64,000 nucleotides of DNA, from NCBI GenBank assembly GCA_028534125.1, contig CM052817.1:95296001-95360000 (forward strand), written 5' to 3'. Origin of the DNA: Lama glama (lineage: Eukaryota). The translations under genes were made by a program, and so were the position numbers. Positions 60,390 through 64,000 of the stretch are shown piece after piece; the first letter of the stretch is position 1, and every line of letters begins with the position of its first letter. Under the pieces are notes generated by a model. That model saw only the letters and a list, made by a program, of their open reading frames with translations, was not told the DNA's origin and did no database searches.

Positions 60390-60740
60390 GGTCGGGTTGT
60401 TTGTTGCTGCAGTGTTTGTGCTAGCGGGGAGGTGGAGGGTCGTGGGCGCACACACCAAGGAATACTGAGCAGTGGTGAGAAGCGATGACTTAAAGGTACA
60501 CATAGCCACGTGAGTGGACCTGAACCACATAGTACTTCATGGAAAAGGAGAAGCAGAGGCGTGTATAGCACAATGACATTACATAAATGTTAAAATGTGT
60601 GCATGCAAGACAACGATACCTGTAATGCAAAAATACACACAATAGAAAAGGGTAACACACCCCAGACATTAAGAGGGATGCTTGTCAGGACAGGAGAGGG
60701 AAGGGAATGGGGTCGGAGAAAGAGAGGAGGAATAGCCTAA
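60390..60740 (+). mobile_element. Probable old L1ME 3' fragment
   Basis: CACACCAAGGAATACTGAGCAG...TGTATAGCACAATGACATT...GGAGAGGGAAGGGAATGGG. Confidence 0.5.
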
Positions 60741-61149
60741 GAGCAGGACCTGGCACTTCTGTTTCTAAAGATCAAGAACCACAACATAACGCAATTTCTC
60801 CTTTTCTCCCCCGGAGAGTTTCCGGAGAATATGTTGGGATTCCATGCATCTGTATTTAACAAGCATTAAGTCTTCTGCTCAGAAAAGTTGGAACAACAGT
60901 TCTCTAAAGTCTAGAGCAATTATTGGAGCCCTGGACGAGAGCGTCTTGTGAAAGAAGAGAAGGCCGTGGGGAGGGGGACATAGGGTAGAATCCGGCTGCG
61001 GCTCTCCCCGAGCCGAGACCAACACACCCAGGAAAAAAGTACAGACTGAGGAAGTAGGAAGACACTCTGACTAACCGCAAGGGCAGTTCAGAGATGTTCA
61101 GTTCTTTGGCAGCAAAGAGGGTACAACTACCCTCACTGCGCCTTGTGGC

Positions 61150-61594
61150 TAGGCACTGGCCAGGAGCTGACCCTGATCAGGGGAAGAGGAAGGCTGCTCT
61201 CATACAAGGACATGAAGGGACACAACTGGAATCCAGGTGATCCACTTGGTGCCTCCTGGCGTTAAATAAACCTTTTGTAACTGTGATCAGATATGTGCAG
61301 CAAACCTAGACTAGGAAAGGTATGGTCGCCAGCTCAGACACCATCAGGAGAGCCACAGGCATCTGCTGCGGTGACAGCGGAGAGTGAGGGGAAATGGGAG
61401 CGGGTGGTAGAGAAGGTTGAGGACGAGCCCTGCTGTGGTCCTGAGTCCCATAGATGCAGGGATGGAGGCTGCAGTTCAGCTCACTAACCTATCGCTTCTA
61501 CGTTGGCCCCAGAAGGAAAGGCTCATGGAAATGGTGGAGGTGTTCCTTTTTGAACCTTCACGGAGACCTAGATCTGTGCAGCACAAGGGGTGAC
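61150..61594 (+). mobile_element. ERVL internal 3' end (ERV3-16A3-like)
   Basis: CTGGAATCCAGGTGATCCACTTGGTGCCTCCTGG...; ends in purine tract AAGGGGTGAC directly before the LTR TG. Confidence 0.65.
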
Positions 61595-62009
61595 TGTGGC
61601 AGCCTGAGAATTTTGCTGCAGGGAACATCACTGACGGACACCCCAGCTCCCGCCCCTCTGAACTCAGCACTGTGTCTGGGCTGAGGCAGCACTTCAGAGT
61701 CCATGAGCATGGGAATGCAGACCATTCACAGCCAGCGACCAAGCACAGTGGGCTAAGATGGGCCAATTCTAGTGAGATATGGGACTCTTCCAGTGGGTCA
61801 CTCGGGTTAAGGGCTCCCCGTCAGCCTGGCTGAACCTCCCTGGTCCTACGCTGGAGTCTGGCAATCTTTCTTAGCATCCTTCCCTCCCTCCTTTCTCCCA
61901 GACCCACAGCACAACCTAAGGCTCTTCCTTCCTTCTCCTGCTCCCCTCCAAGTAAACCTCTTTCACGTTGACCTGGTATCTGTTTTTCTTTGGACCTAAA
62001 CTACGCACA
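61595..62009 (+). mobile_element. ERVL LTR16-like 3' LTR
   Basis: TGTGGCAG...GCTGCAGGGAACATCACTGAC...CCCCAGCT...TCAGCCTGGCTGAA...GGACCTAAACTACGCACA; TG...CA ends. Confidence 0.75.
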
Positions 62010-62879
62010 ATGAAATAAATTTGATCAGAATTCCTGTCTTTGTAAGCAATGCCACAAGCAGCAAATATGACTGTGAAGCTGCTTATGTCTGCATCCCACC
62101 TTAGTCTTCCTGACACATCTGGTCCTGTTGCAGATCTAGAAGTTACAGAAGAAAATTGCCACCACCCTCGTAAAATAGCCCGAAGATGCCAGTATCCCAG
62201 CGATGAAACACCTTCTCGGATTCATACTAGTCAATGTATATATTGCAAGAGTAACTGGCTTATGCAATCATAGCCCAACATAGTATGGTAGCAATTTTAA
62301 AATACATTTAAAATGCTCTTACATGTGCCTAAATTTCTGATTATTTACACTTTTCAGAATTATTGATCACACCAAAATGGGAATATGATGCAAAGTACCT
62401 CAGAGAAAACCCAAAATAATTATTTTATCATTCTTTTCTAAATATCATAGCAAAACTAAACCCTTTGGTAATCAAAATCACGAGAAAGAAAAGAATCATA
62501 AGAGCCAAGAAAATGTAAGTAATGAAAAAGACAGCAAAAGAGATAAAGACGACTAGGAGAATCCAGAACAAAAAAATCAGAAAGCAGCATAAAGTTGTGT
62601 GGCACTTACATCTCAGTTTAAAAGAAAAAAAGAAATCCAGCAAAATTTTCAGTGTTTCTTCCTTTTTTTTTTTTTTAATTTCTCTAAATAACCAGTGGTT
62701 CTTTCTTGAAGCACCTCAAGATGGTCATTGAAAACTGCAAACATAGAGAACCTGATTTTTTAATGCATTTGTAAAAAGTCAGCGGTTTGTAGTTAACTGA
62801 GGACGGGTGTACACAGAAGATTGGAAGTGGCAGCTGTTTCCTGTTTCTTCAGAACGGGCTGCAGGTGATTTAATTCCAA

Positions 62880-63070
62880 ATCACAGATGATTTCAGACTT
62901 GGAACAACTTCCAGAGATCATCTTATCTATTTCCTCTCTTTACACACACACAAGCTGAGAACCAAGAAATTAACCAAGTTAATTGACTTGTCTGAGGTGA
63001 CATAAACTTAGTTACAGAATTGTCACTAGCATTTAAGTTCCTTGATTCTCAGCCTTGAGTACTTTCTAGT
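62880..63070 (-). mobile_element. MIR/MIR3-like SINE
   Basis: TTTCAGACTTGGAA..CCAGAGATCATCT...TGACTTGTCTGAGGTGACA...TTCCTTGATTCTCAG. Confidence 0.65.
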
Positions 63071-63281
63071 AAATCAGAGGGAAAAAAAGAAATCTCATTT
63101 TTTTTTCACTAAGTGCCTGTACCCCCAGCAAACCACAAGGTACTTCTAATAAATGAACAAAATTGTTTGCCCAAAATATTTCTTTAAGAGAAGAGCCATG
63201 AAAACATAAATATGTTTGGGGGTAAAGAATAGTGTAACTGGAGTGTCAGGCTGACTGAGGAGACATGAGAGAGAAGACATA

Positions 63282-63944
63282 GTGTGATTCTCAAGGCGTG
63301 GTCTGGGGACCTGGACACTTTTAAAGCATCTGTGAGATCAAAGCTCTTCACCATTCACACTGAGATGTTATTTCTCTTTTCACCCTCCTCCTGTCCAAGT
63401 ATACAGTGGAGTTTTTCAGAGGCTATATGACTGGGGATATCATAACAGATTGAATGCAGAAGCAGCTAGGAGAATGCAGCCGTCTTCTATTAAGTCAGAC
63501 ACTCGAGAGATTTATAAAAATGTGAAACAATGCCAATCTCTTCACTGATTTTTTTATTCATAAAGTGTGGTATTTATGTTAACGTGCAATGAGTTTGTTA
63601 TTATTTTTAAATATGTAAGTAAATGTTTTTAAAGTTCCTTCAGTCTTGCCTTCCAACACAAGGGGAGGGAATAAAGTGTGTGCTCAGTGGTAGAGTGTGT
63701 GCTTAGCATGCACGAGGTCCTGGGTTCAATCCCCAGTACCTCCATTAGAAAAAAAAATTAAAAAATAAAATAAATAAATCTAATTACCCCCCCAAAAATG
63801 AACAAAACAAAAAAATTTTTTTAAACTGACTTCCAATACAGTAAATAGTGGTAGATGTTGCCCTTATAAATGAAAGCTCTTTGGGGTTCTGAAGAATTTT
63901 TAAGTGTGAAAAGGGATCCTGAAAGAGAAGTTGGAGAATGGCTG
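63282..63944. mobile_element. MER119-like hAT-Charlie element
   Basis: TACAGTGGAGTTTTTCAGAGGCTA...AACAGATTGAATGCAGAAGCAG...TCTTCTATTAAGTCAGACA...AAAGCTCTTTGGGGT; degenerate TIRs. Confidence 0.85.
63662..63826 (+). mobile_element. vic-1-type SINE (long-tail form) nested in MER119
   Basis: CTCAGTGGTAGAGTGTGTGCTTAGCATGCACGAGGTCCTGGGTTCAATCCCCAGTACCTCCA...AATCTAATTACCCCCCC; TSD TGCCTTCCAACACA (63647-63660) / TGACTTCCAATACA (63827-63840). Confidence 0.92.
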
Positions 63945-64000
63945 TTACAGAAGATTTCTGAAACTGTGTGGAAGGACTTGTCTTTCAGTCACAGGCAGTG

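Overview
Mammalian non-coding genomic DNA (intronic or intergenic), very probably from a camelid. The evidence is eight tRNA-Ala-like vic-1-type SINEs plus many young artiodactyl-type L1 3' ends; I saw no bovid-, pig- or primate-type SINEs. By eye roughly half the window is transposable-element sequence: L1/HAL1, L2, MIR, MaLR/ERVL/ERV1 LTRs including one complete MaLR provirus, and hAT MITEs. There is a 500-N assembly gap at 29464-29963. No protein-coding gene can be supported; the ORF-track entries I recognise are decayed L1 ORF1/ORF2 and ERVL protease. Best leads: (i) a polyadenylated, TSD-flanked, LTR-like retroposon with three internal repeats (12537-12861); (ii) an L1 3'-transduction-type composite insertion (21735-22055); (iii) two poly(A)-only insertions; (iv) weak candidate + strand exons at 10329-10436 and 49137-~49380, the second overlapping a RUNX/ETS/IRF motif cluster. 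Repeat family names come from my recall of consensus sequences, not a database search, and boundaries of old elements are approximate.
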